NCBI GenBank assembly: GCA_903905655.1
Contig: CAIVHG010000060.1
Span: 7,034 to 71,033, forward strand
Origin: an uncultured beta proteobacterium
GTDB taxonomy: Bacteria; Pseudomonadota; Gammaproteobacteria; Burkholderiales; SG8-41
Length of the DNA stretch: 64,000 nucleotides
Direction: 5' to 3'
Position numbers and translations under genes: made by a program. This document shows positions 26,730 through 35,801 of the stretch, piece after piece; within the stretch, counting starts at the first letter, position 1, and every line of letters begins with the position of its first letter. The notes beneath the pieces are model-generated. The model did no database searches, had not been told where the DNA came from, and saw only the letters and a list, made by a program, of their open reading frames with translations.

Positions 26730-27029
26730 AAAAGCGGGCTTTCCCGCGATGGCGAGTCAGCGAGCAAGTCCAGGGCATTCGGGGCGCTTGGTTATCCTGA
26801 GCTCTTCCCGTACAATTGCCGGGACACACGATCCTGCGAGCACGCCAACGCCGCTGCGGCTGAAGGTGCTATAGCCCAGCGCCTGAATTCGGCCAGACAA
26901 ACTCACGGCAATCTTCGATGCGGAGATTGCGCCATGCGCGAAATCCGTACCGGATTTCTCACGAATCATCAACCACGAACCGCGGAGCCGGATGGTCCGG
27001 CGCCGATCGTCCAGCAATAAGGATCTACC

Positions 27030-28394
27030 ATGCCATTCAGCAAGCTCATGCTTCACCCCAATCTGCTCAAGGCGGTGAAGGAACTTGGATTCACCCGTCC
27101 CACGCCCATCCAGGAAGCGACGATTCCGCCGGCGCTGGAAGGCCGCGACGTGCTCGCCTGCGCGATGACCGGCAGCGGCAAGACGGCGGCATTCATGCTG
27201 CCGATCATTCATCAGCTCATCGACCGGCCGCGCGGCGTTACGCGGGCCCTCGTGCTCACGCCGACGCGCGAACTCGCAGCGCAGATCAACGAGGATCTCA
27301 AGGAGCTTGCGGTGCACACGCCGATTTCCGGCGCTGCGGTCTTCGGGGGCGTCGGCATCGGGCCGCAGGAGCACGCGTTCCGCAGCGGCGTCGACGTGAT
27401 CGTCGCGACCCCGGGCCGGCTGCTCGATCACTTCCGCCAGCCCTACGCCAAGCTCGCAGGCGTCGAGTACCTGGTGCTCGACGAAGCCGACCGCATGCTG
27501 GACATGGGCTTTCTGCCGGACATCCGCAAGGTGCTGAAGCACCTGCCCGCCAAGCGCCAGACGCTGTTCTTCAGCGCCACCATGCCGGGCCCGATCGGCG
27601 TGCTCGCCAAAGAGATGTTGCGCCAGCCGTTCACCGTCAACGTCGAACGCAAGGCGGCGCCGGCGGTGGGCATTACCCAGGCTGTGTACCCGGTCGCGCA
27701 GGAACTCAAGGGCGCACTGTTCCTCGCCCTGCTCAAGGGCGGTGATATGAAGGAAGCGCTGGTGTTCACCCGCACCAAGCATCGCGCCAACCGGCTCGCT
27801 GATTACCTGGTGAAGCATGGCATCAATGCCGCGCGCATCCACGGCAATCGTTCCCAGGCGCAGCGTACCGAAGCGCTCGCCGGCTTCAAGGACGGGAAGT
27901 ATCGCGTGCTGGTGGCCACCGACATCGCAGCGCGCGGCATCGACATCTCGGAACTCGGCCATGTGATCAACTTCGACGTGCCATTGGCCTCTGAGGACTA
28001 TATCCACCGCGTCGGCCGCACGGCGCGCGCGGAAGCTACCGGGGATGCCTTCACCTTCGTCTCTCCACAGGAAGAAGGCGAATTGCAGAACATCGAGCGT
28101 GCAGTGGGCAAGCGCCTGCCGCGGGTCACGGTGCCCGACTTCGACTATTCCGCGAAACCTGAAGGGCAGCTCGAAATTCCGCTGGCCCAGCGCATTGCCG
28201 CTATCCGCGCCCAGAAGGCCGACTCCCGCGAGCGTGCCAAAGTGAACGCAGCGCGTCGTGCCGGGTCCGGTGCGCCTGCAGGTGCAAATCGCAGCGGCAG
28301 CGGCCGCCCTGGCGAAAGCAGGCGCAGCGGCGGTCCATCGCGCGGTGGCAACTCGGGCTCGCGTGGCGGCGGTGGTGGTCGCGGCGGGCGCTAG
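27030..28394 (+). CDS. rhlE: DEAD-box ATP-dependent RNA helicase (RhlE-like) with Gly/Arg-rich C-terminal tail
   Basis: It has a Q-motif (GFTRPTPIQ), AMTGSGKTAAF, LVLDEADRMLDMGF, SAT, HRVGRTARA and the tail ...GGNSGSRGGGGGRGGR. About 270 nt of untranslated leader lies upstream. Confidence 0.9.
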   Translation: MPFSKLMLHPNLLKAVKELGFTRPTPIQEATIPPALEGRDVLACAMTGSGKTAAFMLPIIHQLIDRPRGVTRALVLTPTRELAAQINEDLKELAVHTPISGAAVFGGVGIGPQEHAFRSGVDVIVATPGRLLDHFRQPYAKLAGVEYLVLDEADRMLDMGFLPDIRKVLKHLPAKRQTLFFSATMPGPIGVLAKEMLRQPFTVNVERKAAPAVGITQAVYPVAQELKGALFLALLKGGDMKEALVFTRTKHRANRLADYLVKHGINAARIHGNRSQAQRTEALAGFKDGKYRVLVATDIAARGIDISELGHVINFDVPLASEDYIHRVGRTARAEATGDAFTFVSPQEEGELQNIERAVGKRLPRVTVPDFDYSAKPEGQLEIPLAQRIAAIRAQKADSRERAKVNAARRAGSGAPAGANRSGSGRPGESRRSGGPSRGGNSGSRGGGGGRGGR

Positions 28395-28583
28395 TGTCCT
28401 GAGTCCTTAATTTGCTGAACAAAAGATGTCGAGAATTGACGCCATACTTTGTCGCAAATCCGCGCCGGGTGCCCAACCCGGCTGTGGTTTGCTTCGCGTC
28501 TGGCGCCAATTTCGCCACTTTTGTCCTGCGGACGGCCTCACTTAAGAATACTATCGTTCAACGAACTAAAGACTCAGGACACT
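28393..28583. mobile_element. MITE-like element (~190 bp) with terminal inverted repeats
   Basis: AGTGTCCTGAGTC at 28393..28405 has a perfect reverse complement, GACTCAGGACACT, at 28571..28583. The similarity extends imperfectly to about 33 bp (roughly 26/33). The interior is AT-richer and non-coding. The left arm overlaps the rhlE-like TAG stop. Confidence 0.45.
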
Positions 28584-28607
28584 CGCAGCGCTTGCGCTGC
28601 TGACGTT

Positions 28608-29726
28608 CTAAGACTCTGAGATCTTGGTAATGAGGATCCACATCGGCACCTTGCCCGCCTGGTAGCTCTCCAGTTCGGTCAAGGTCCCATCCTGCTGATC
28701 GATGCGGTAGCAGGTAAGCCGGCCGGTTTCGAAGCCGGCGCAGTAAAGGAAGTGGCCGGTGGGATCCAGCATGAAGGCGCGCGGGCGCGCATCGGCGCGA
28801 AACCAGCCGGTGCTCGTAAGTTCGCCGGTGCTTTGATCGACCGCATATGTGGCGATGGTGTTGTGCCCGCGATTGGGCGCATAGAGAAAGCGTCCATTCC
28901 TGTGGATTTGGATATCCGCACAGGTATTCTTCTTGCCTGCGTCCTGAGGAGGCAGGTTGCTGATCGAATTGCCCAGGGTGAGGGTGCCGGTGTCCCGGTT
29001 TAGCCGGTAGATCGTAACGCTCGACGATTGCTCGTTGCACACATAGAGCCAGGGCTGGGTCGGGTGGAAGACGGCATGGCGCGGACCCAGATGCTGCCCC
29101 GCGGGCGGTCCCGCTCTATCTGGATCGTTCGGCGCGAGCTTGCCTGTTTCCTGATCGAACCTGAACTGAAATATCGCATTCGCCGGCGTTTGGCGATCCG
29201 GCGCCAGGCGCGTCAGGCCGCCATTGCCGAGCGCAATGTGCGGCACGAAGGCGTAGCGGTTTTCCTGGTCGAGATGGATGGAATGTGCGCCGGGGTTTGT
29301 AGCGCGCCACTCGATGCCTGGTTCACTTATTGCGCCTGCTGCATCGAGCTTGTGGACCGCGCAGTGGCCTGCCTGAAAATAAGTGGAGAGCAGGAAGCGG
29401 CCGCGTGCATCGATCCTCATATAGCATGGTTCGCCGGGCATCTGAACGCGGTTGATCGGTTTGAGCTTGCCGGAGCCCGGCTCGATCGCGAAACTGCCGA
29501 GGCCGAATTCCTTTCTGGGTTTGCCGTCGCCTCCGGAATGAGTGCCGGTGCTGACACCGCGGAAGCCGACATAGATCTTGTCGCCGGCCGGGTTCAGCGT
29601 CATCGGACCCGGGCCGTCTAAGGCTTCGGATTCTCCGCGCGGGCTGAGCGCCCCGCTCCGTGGATCCATTTCGTACTGCTTGATGCAGGAATCGTTCTGC
29701 AGGGACATATATAGGCGGTACGACAT
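28608..29726 (-). CDS. lactonase family protein (7-bladed beta-propeller, 6-phosphogluconolactonase-like)
   Basis: 372 aa. There is a strong SD (GGAAGGAG). It has repeated propeller-like segments (..P..H..D..GRFLY..N.G.N.I..Y). Confidence 0.8.
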   Translation of the reverse strand: MSYRLYMSLQNDSCIKQYEMDPRSGALSPRGESEALDGPGPMTLNPAGDKIYVGFRGVSTGTHSGGDGKPRKEFGLGSFAIEPGSGKLKPINRVQMPGEPCYMRIDARGRFLLSTYFQAGHCAVHKLDAAGAISEPGIEWRATNPGAHSIHLDQENRYAFVPHIALGNGGLTRLAPDRQTPANAIFQFRFDQETGKLAPNDPDRAGPPAGQHLGPRHAVFHPTQPWLYVCNEQSSSVTIYRLNRDTGTLTLGNSISNLPPQDAGKKNTCADIQIHRNGRFLYAPNRGHNTIATYAVDQSTGELTSTGWFRADARPRAFMLDPTGHFLYCAGFETGRLTCYRIDQQDGTLTELESYQAGKVPMWILITKISES

Positions 29727-29934
29727 TTAGATGCTCCTTCCAATTGATCAATGCTTTTTGCTTGGCCTAGTAAGTTTACCAGCACTGCTCCGGCGCGGAT
29801 GGCGATGCGGTATAGGCAGGCTGCCAGTCAGAAGCACGAAACCTCGTGCGGTTCATCAGCGCGCCTTTGCTAATCCGATCGCACAGGCTTATCATCCAAA
29901 GCGTCTGCCTCGCGCACGAGCAGGGGAGTTCGCT

Positions 29935-30921
29935 ATGACACCGTGTAAGCCATTTCTGCTATCGCAACTGCTGTTGGCGGGACTCGCGATACTCTTCGCA
30001 CAATTCGTTTGCGCGCAGGATTATCCGACTCATCCAGTGCGTCTGGTTGTGAATTTTCCGGCGGGCGGGCCGGTGGACATCAATGCCAGGGCACTCACCG
30101 CGCAGTTGACGAGCGACCTGGGATGGAACTTCGTAATCGACATCCGCAGCGGGGCGAATGGGGGCATCGGAGCGGAACTCGTGGCGAAATCTCCGCCCGA
30201 CGGCTATACGATGCTGTTCGCTCCCAGCGCCATCGCGGTCAACCAGGCGCTCAGCAGCAAAGTCACCTATGATCTCCTCAGAGATCTGATCCCCGTCAGT
30301 AACGTCGCCTGGGCGGAGGGCTACCTGATCACCGTTCATCCATCCGTACCGGCGCGGACGCTGAAGGAATATATCGCCCTCGCGAACAAGAAGGACACGC
30401 GGATAAACAACGGCACCGCGGGCATAGGCAATCCTTCGCATCTGGTCGGCGAGCTATTCAGCCAGCGCACCGGGATTCACGTATTGAATGTGCCGTACCA
30501 GGGGCTCGCGCCTGCAGTGACGGCGTTGGTCGGTGGCGAGGTCGACGTGGTCTTCGTGCCGCCGACTGCGGTGCTGCCGTATTTGAAATCCGGGCGGTTG
30601 CGTGCCCTCGCGTACACCGGCGCAACCCGATTGGCAGCTTTGCCGGACGTTCCTACCGTCATGGAGTCCGGCGTGCCGGACTTTGAAATGCGCGCCGGCT
30701 GGCACGGCTGGTTTGCGCCTGCGAAGACGCCGGACAGAATCGTGACCAGGCTTGCAGCTGAGATTGCCAAGGCCGTGCAGACGCCGCGGCTGCGCCAGAC
30801 CTTCCTCGCTGGCGGCTACGAGCCCGTGCGCAGTTCGCCCGCAGAGTTCTACAAATTCATCGACTCCGAGATCAAGCGTTTCAGAGAAGTTGCGCGCATT
30901 GCAAAGATAAAGGTCGATTGA
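29935..30921 (+). CDS. Bug/TctC family periplasmic substrate-binding protein
   Basis: Track ORF 29731..30921. I prefer the ATG at 29935, preceded by GGGGAG. It has a signal peptide followed by QDYPTHPVRLVVNFPAGGPVD. PDGYT and VPYQGLAPAVTALVGGE are present. Confidence 0.85.
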   Translation: MTPCKPFLLSQLLLAGLAILFAQFVCAQDYPTHPVRLVVNFPAGGPVDINARALTAQLTSDLGWNFVIDIRSGANGGIGAELVAKSPPDGYTMLFAPSAIAVNQALSSKVTYDLLRDLIPVSNVAWAEGYLITVHPSVPARTLKEYIALANKKDTRINNGTAGIGNPSHLVGELFSQRTGIHVLNVPYQGLAPAVTALVGGEVDVVFVPPTAVLPYLKSGRLRALAYTGATRLAALPDVPTVMESGVPDFEMRAGWHGWFAPAKTPDRIVTRLAAEIAKAVQTPRLRQTFLAGGYEPVRSSPAEFYKFIDSEIKRFREVARIAKIKVD

Positions 30922-31039
30922 CGCTCAACGAGGCAGTTGCGGAAGCGTAGAGCCTGGTCCTGCCAATTACCGGCATCGCGCTGGATGGGAATCCAAAACG
31001 AAAGTGCGAGCGCTGGCCTGCCAGCGCTCCGATCCGCCA

Positions 31040-32002
31040 TCACTCTTCGTGGATGCCCGCATCCTTGATCACCTTGCCCATCCTGACCATCTCGGATTTC
31101 ATCAGGGCGCCGAATTCCGCCGGCGAGTTGCCCACGCCCTCGACCCCTGATTTGAACAGGCGTTCCTTGATGGCTGGCTTGTTCAGGTGCGCGACGATCG
31201 CCTTGTTCAACTGGTCGATGATCGCTGGCGGGGTCTGGGCCGGGGCATATACGCCCGAGGGCGCTGACGCTTCGTAGCCGGGCACACCCGAAGCCGCGAC
31301 CGTAGGAACACCGGGTGCGAATGCGGACGGCTTCGCGCTGGTCACCGCCAGCGCCCGCAATCTGCCGGAATTTACGTGCGGCATCGCGGTCGCGGCATTG
31401 GGAAACGACAACTGCACGGCGCCGGCAATCAGATCATTGAGTGCCGGCGCCGTGCCTTTGTACGGAACGCGCATGATATTGACGCCGGCCATCGCCTTGA
31501 ATAATTCGGCAGCGAGATGAATCGCCGAGCCTGCGCCCGCAGAAGAATAGTTGAGTTCTCCCGGCCGCGCCTTCGCGATGGTGATCAGTTCCTTGACGCT
31601 GTTGATCTGCGTGGACGGGTGGACGACGAGAATGTTGGGGGCGCTTGTCGCCATCGTGATCGCTGCGAAATCTCTGATCGGATCATAGGGCACGTCGGCG
31701 CGCATCAGCGGCAACAGCCAGACCGTGCTGCCATAGACCAATATCGTATATCCATCCGGCTTCGACTTCGCCACGGTCTCAGGCGGGATGACCCCGCTGG
31801 GCCGGTTTTCTATGACCACCTGCTGGCCCAGCGCGCTGGTGATTCCCTCGCCAACGAGGCGTGCCACGAAATCGGCGCCGCCTCCCACTTCGGCGCTCAC
31901 GATTCGAATCGGCCGGTTTGGATAGTTCTGACCCCATGCTGCTCCTGTGGCCAGAAGCGCGGTGGCGATCAACGACGTGCATACGACGAGGCGCGGCAGC
32001 AT
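31040..32002 (-). CDS. Bug/TctC family periplasmic substrate-binding protein
   Basis: There is an AAGGAG SD. It has a signal peptide followed by QNYPNRPIRIVSAEVGGGADF. PDGYT and VPYKGTAPALNDLIAG are present. Confidence 0.9.
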   Translation of the reverse strand: MLPRLVVCTSLIATALLATGAAWGQNYPNRPIRIVSAEVGGGADFVARLVGEGITSALGQQVVIENRPSGVIPPETVAKSKPDGYTILVYGSTVWLLPLMRADVPYDPIRDFAAITMATSAPNILVVHPSTQINSVKELITIAKARPGELNYSSAGAGSAIHLAAELFKAMAGVNIMRVPYKGTAPALNDLIAGAVQLSFPNAATAMPHVNSGRLRALAVTSAKPSAFAPGVPTVAASGVPGYEASAPSGVYAPAQTPPAIIDQLNKAIVAHLNKPAIKERLFKSGVEGVGNSPAEFGALMKSEMVRMGKVIKDAGIHEE

Positions 32003-32068
32003 GATGAGTCTCCTTTGTTTGCGAAAATTACTTCCACAGCACGGCAGAGCGGTAAAAGCCCTGCCTGG

Positions 32069-33043
32069 TCATTGCTCCAGCTTGATGTTGCCGGCCTTGA
32101 TGACTTTGGCCAGGATGGTCGTGTCCGATTTCATCAGCGCAGCGAACTTGTCAGGTGTGGAGACCAGGGGCGCCATGCCCAGCCCGTCGAGCGTTTGCCT
32201 GAAGTCGGGCAGCGCCAGCATTTTTGCGATGTCGGCCGACAGCTTGTCGATGACTTCTCTGGGAGTGGCGACCGGCACGAAGACTCCGAACCAGGTTTTC
32301 AAATCAAACGCCGGCAGCCCGGCCTCGCTGAAGGTGGGCAACTGGGGCAGCGCCGGAAAGCGGCTGCCACCGGTGATGGCGAGCGCCCTGAGTTTCCCGG
32401 TCTTGATATGGGGGGCGAGCGTGATCGGGGTGTTGAAGTGCAGCTGCACGTGGCCGCCGATGAGGTCGATGATGGCTGGACCCCCTCCCTTGTAGGGAAC
32501 GTGCTGCATCCTGATCCCGGCGAGGAGTTCAAATGACGCAGTCGCAAGATGACTCGGGCTCCCGGCGCCCGATGACGCGTAATTGATCTGTCCGGGCCTG
32601 GCTTTGGCCAGCGCAATGAACTGCCGCAGGTTGTAGGCCGGTAGCGAAGGATGGATCACCAGAATGTTCTCGCTGATCGCAAGCGTGGCGACGGGCCCGA
32701 AGTCCTTGAGCGCGTCATAAGGAGTGGGAATGAGCAGCGGGGTGATGACATGGGCGCTTGAGGTCAGCATCAGCGTATAGCCATCAGGCGGGGATTTGAT
32801 CAGGGCTTCGGAGCCGATGATGGTGTTGCCGCCGGGCCGGTTGTCGATGAGCACCTGCTGGCCCCAGATTTCGGTGAGCTTCTGGCTGACGAGGCGTGCG
32901 ACTACGTCGTTGGAGCCGCCTGGAGGGAAGGGCACGATGACGCGCACCTGCCTGGCAGGATACGCTTGCTGGGCGGCGGCATGGCCCGTGGCAAAAACCG
33001 CAAGCATGCCTGCGGCCAGTAATCGCAACACTCGTTCGATCAA
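32069..33043 (-). CDS. Bug/TctC family periplasmic substrate-binding protein
   Basis: Track ORF 32069..33112. I prefer the TTG at 33043, preceded by GAGGGGGG, which gives a normal signal peptide (..RVLRLLAAGMLAVFATGHAAAQ). QAYPARQVRVIVPFPPGGSND follows. Confidence 0.85.
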   Translation of the reverse strand: MIERVLRLLAAGMLAVFATGHAAAQQAYPARQVRVIVPFPPGGSNDVVARLVSQKLTEIWGQQVLIDNRPGGNTIIGSEALIKSPPDGYTLMLTSSAHVITPLLIPTPYDALKDFGPVATLAISENILVIHPSLPAYNLRQFIALAKARPGQINYASSGAGSPSHLATASFELLAGIRMQHVPYKGGGPAIIDLIGGHVQLHFNTPITLAPHIKTGKLRALAITGGSRFPALPQLPTFSEAGLPAFDLKTWFGVFVPVATPREVIDKLSADIAKMLALPDFRQTLDGLGMAPLVSTPDKFAALMKSDTTILAKVIKAGNIKLEQ

Positions 33044-33312
33044 GGGACCCCCCTCAGCGTAGAGACCAAAGACGCCCGCGATAGAAAGCCGGTACATGGG
33101 TAAGAAAATCACCCAAGCACTTCATCGCATCCATGTTTAGTTTTCGAGGAGCCCGCGCACGCTCCCTCATCCGATCCGCGCCGCTGGCGCACTACGCAAC
33201 GGGCGCTGCGATTATGCGGTTCCCTGGCGCGTCAAGTCAAACACGGGGCGCATTGCCCGGGGGCGCTTTCTGAGGATCAGGGCTGGAGATGATCCCGGTA
33301 TGAGCTCCCCGG

Positions 33313-33477
33313 TCAGTGAAAATCAACCCAAACGACCAGCACGGCGAAGAGCACTCCGAAGATGACGATCAGTTTCCAAAGACTCGTGTCTTTGGCTTCC
33401 GATTCGGTTGCGCGCTCTTCATCTGCCGGATTGAGTTCCGTCAGGATGTGATATTTCTGGGTTTGCTGCTGCGGCAT
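33313..33477 (-). CDS. candidate small (54 aa) single-TM membrane protein
   Basis: My own translation gives MPQQQTQKYHILTELNPADEERATESEAKDTSLWKLIVIFGVLFAVLVVWVDFH*. It is below the track length cut-off. It has an acidic N-terminal part, one C-terminal TM helix and a weak SD. It is unsupported by homology. Confidence 0.3.
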   Translation of the reverse strand: MPQQQTQKYHILTELNPADEERATESEAKDTSLWKLIVIFGVLFAVLVVWVDFH

Positions 33478-33671
33478 TTTTCAGTTGAGTTCCTGCCGAG
33501 TTTGCGCGTATCGCAGCTGTCTGCACTGAGCTCATGCCCATGTGCAGGCTTCGACTGCGGTCCATTTTATCGCAAATGTTGCGCTCGACGCGTGCGTGCC
33601 GTGGAGTGGCTGCCCGATTGCACGCACCCGTGTTGCGGCGCTGCTTGCCGCGCATGCGCGGCATTAAATGA

Positions 33672-34667
33672 TTACTCGCCTTTGATTCCAGCCGAGCGGA
33701 TCACCGTGCCCCAGCGCTGGTACTCGTCGCGCAGAAAGGCAACGGTCTGCTCCACCGTGCTCGTCGTGGGCTCACCGCCCATGGCGGCGAAGAAGTCGCG
33801 GGTTTCCGGCGTGCGCATGATCTTGCCTGCCTCCGCATTGAGGCGGTCGACGATGGCGCGCGGCGTGCCGGCGGGCGCCATAAGTATGTACCAATTGACG
33901 GCCAGCAGCTGCGGCAGGCCGGCTTCAGCGGAAGTCGGAACCTGCGCCATCGAAGCCACGCGCTTGGTGTCCAGCGTCAGCAGCGCCCGCATGCGGCCGT
34001 CCTTGACGTAGGGCAGCGCGCTGGAGGCGACGCCGATCACCATGTCCACCTCGCCGCCGATCATATAAGTGAGTGCGATGGTCGAGCCTTTGTAGGGCAC
34101 GTGCAGAATCTTGGTCTTGGTCAGCGTCTGCATCAGCTCCGCCGCCAAATGATTGGTCGAGCCGACGCCGCCGGAGCCGTATGAGAGCTTGCCGGGATTT
34201 TTGCGCGCGAGCTGTATCAGTTCGCCGAAAGTTTTCGCCGGCACCGAGGGATGCACGGTGAGCACGTTGGGAAAGGTCGCGAGCAGCGCGATCGGCGCGA
34301 AGTCGCGCAGCGTGTCGTAGTTCAGCTTGGGGTTGAGGTTGGGATTGATGACCACCGGCGGCGCCGCCATCAGCAGGGTGTAGCCGTCGGGTGCTGCTTT
34401 GGCGACCAGGTCATGACCGATGTTGCCCCCGGCGCCGATGTGCGGGTCGGCGAGGACCTGTTGCCCGAGCGCGGGCGGCAGATACTGCGCGAGCCAGCGG
34501 CCCACCAGCGCATTGCCGCCGGAGAAAGGCAGCACGATGCGCACCGGTTTGTTCGGATATGCGGCGGGCGTCTGCGCGTGCGCGGGCAAAAGCCATGCGG
34601 ACAATGCTGCCATCAGCACCAGTGCCATGGAAATCGTACGGCTGCGTCGGTATGTGACTGAACCCAT
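33672..34667 (-). CDS. Bug/TctC family periplasmic substrate-binding protein
   Basis: There is an AAGGAG SD. It has a signal peptide followed by AAYPNKPVRIVLPFSGGNAL. PDGYT and VPYKGSTIALTYMIGGE are present. Confidence 0.9.
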   Translation of the reverse strand: MGSVTYRRSRTISMALVLMAALSAWLLPAHAQTPAAYPNKPVRIVLPFSGGNALVGRWLAQYLPPALGQQVLADPHIGAGGNIGHDLVAKAAPDGYTLLMAAPPVVINPNLNPKLNYDTLRDFAPIALLATFPNVLTVHPSVPAKTFGELIQLARKNPGKLSYGSGGVGSTNHLAAELMQTLTKTKILHVPYKGSTIALTYMIGGEVDMVIGVASSALPYVKDGRMRALLTLDTKRVASMAQVPTSAEAGLPQLLAVNWYILMAPAGTPRAIVDRLNAEAGKIMRTPETRDFFAAMGGEPTTSTVEQTVAFLRDEYQRWGTVIRSAGIKGE

Positions 34668-34707
34668 GCTCTGCTCCTTGGGGAAGTCGGGCGCCCGCCG
34701 ACCCGGG

Positions 34708-35670
34708 TTATTCGGCGCGTATGCCTGCGTCCTGGATCACTTTCTGCCATTTTGCCATGTCCGCTTTGATCATGGCTGCGAACTGCTCCGGTGTATCGCC
34801 CACCGGTTCCACGCCGGCGACGAACAGCTTTTCGCGCACCGCCGGCGTATTGAGATAATTGACGATGGCCTGCCGCACGCGCGCGATGATCGCAGGCGAA
34901 GTTTTCGCGGGCGCGAATACGCCGGTGACCGCTGCATTTTCGTAGCCTTTGACGTTCGCGCCCACCGTCGGCAATCCGGGAAACAATGCCGACGGCTGAG
35001 CGCTCGTCACCGCGAGCGCACGCAGCCGGCCCGATTTGACGTTGGCTCCCGCGGAGGTCACGGACAGGAACGACACCTGCACTTGTCCGCTGACCAGGTC
35101 GATGGTGCTCGCCGCTGCGCTCTTATAGCTGATGCGCACGAGGTTGACTCCGGCCAGCGACTTGAACAATTCGGCCGCGAGGTGATTCGAAGAGCCCACG
35201 CCCAGAGAAGCGTAATTGAGTTCTCCTGGCTTGGCCTTGGCGAGCGCAACGAACTCGCCGACCGTCTTTGCCGCTACTCCCGGATAGACGACCATTACGT
35301 ACGGCGAAATCGCCGCCTGAGTGATCGGCTGGAAATCCTTCGCCGCATCATAAGGCACCTTCTCCATGAACTTTGCAATCCACAGATTGCCGCTGGAAAC
35401 GAGCAGCGTGTAGCCGTCCGGCGCCGCCGTGGCGACGAGCTCGCCCTGCAGCACTCCGCTGGCACGGTTGTCGACCACCACCGCCTGCCCGAGGGTCGCA
35501 GCCAATCCGTCCGCGACCACGCGTGCGACAAAATCGGTGCCGCCACCGGCAGCGCCCGACACGATGCGCAGCGGCCTGCTTGGATAATTGGACGGCGCGG
35601 CCGCCCATGCGCTGCAAGCCGTGAGTACCAACAGGCCCATGAAAAATTTCGTGACGCTGCGTTTCTGCAT
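34708..35670 (-). CDS. Bug/TctC family periplasmic substrate-binding protein
   Basis: It has a signal peptide followed by SNYPSRPLRIVSGAAGGGTDF. PDGYT and ISYKSAAASTIDLVSGQ are present. Confidence 0.9.
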   Translation of the reverse strand: MQKRSVTKFFMGLLVLTACSAWAAAPSNYPSRPLRIVSGAAGGGTDFVARVVADGLAATLGQAVVVDNRASGVLQGELVATAAPDGYTLLVSSGNLWIAKFMEKVPYDAAKDFQPITQAAISPYVMVVYPGVAAKTVGEFVALAKAKPGELNYASLGVGSSNHLAAELFKSLAGVNLVRISYKSAAASTIDLVSGQVQVSFLSVTSAGANVKSGRLRALAVTSAQPSALFPGLPTVGANVKGYENAAVTGVFAPAKTSPAIIARVRQAIVNYLNTPAVREKLFVAGVEPVGDTPEQFAAMIKADMAKWQKVIQDAGIRAE

Positions 35671-35801
35671 ATCCGCTCTGCTAAAACAAATTGGAATCGC
35701 TGCGATACTGCGACCTGTTAGGGGCTCTTAGTGTTGCGATATACTACCTCATCACAATGACAAAAGCTGGAGAGCGTCCGTTGTCGATTAAATGGAGGTT
35801 T

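Noticed and set aside
33316-34011. 231-aa plus-strand ORF in the gap between Bug genes.
   Set aside because: Its 3' two-thirds is antisense to the Bug gene at 33672..34667. Its translation is Cys/Arg-rich with no motifs. The small minus-strand ORF 33313..33477 is the better, though still weak, candidate for the gap.
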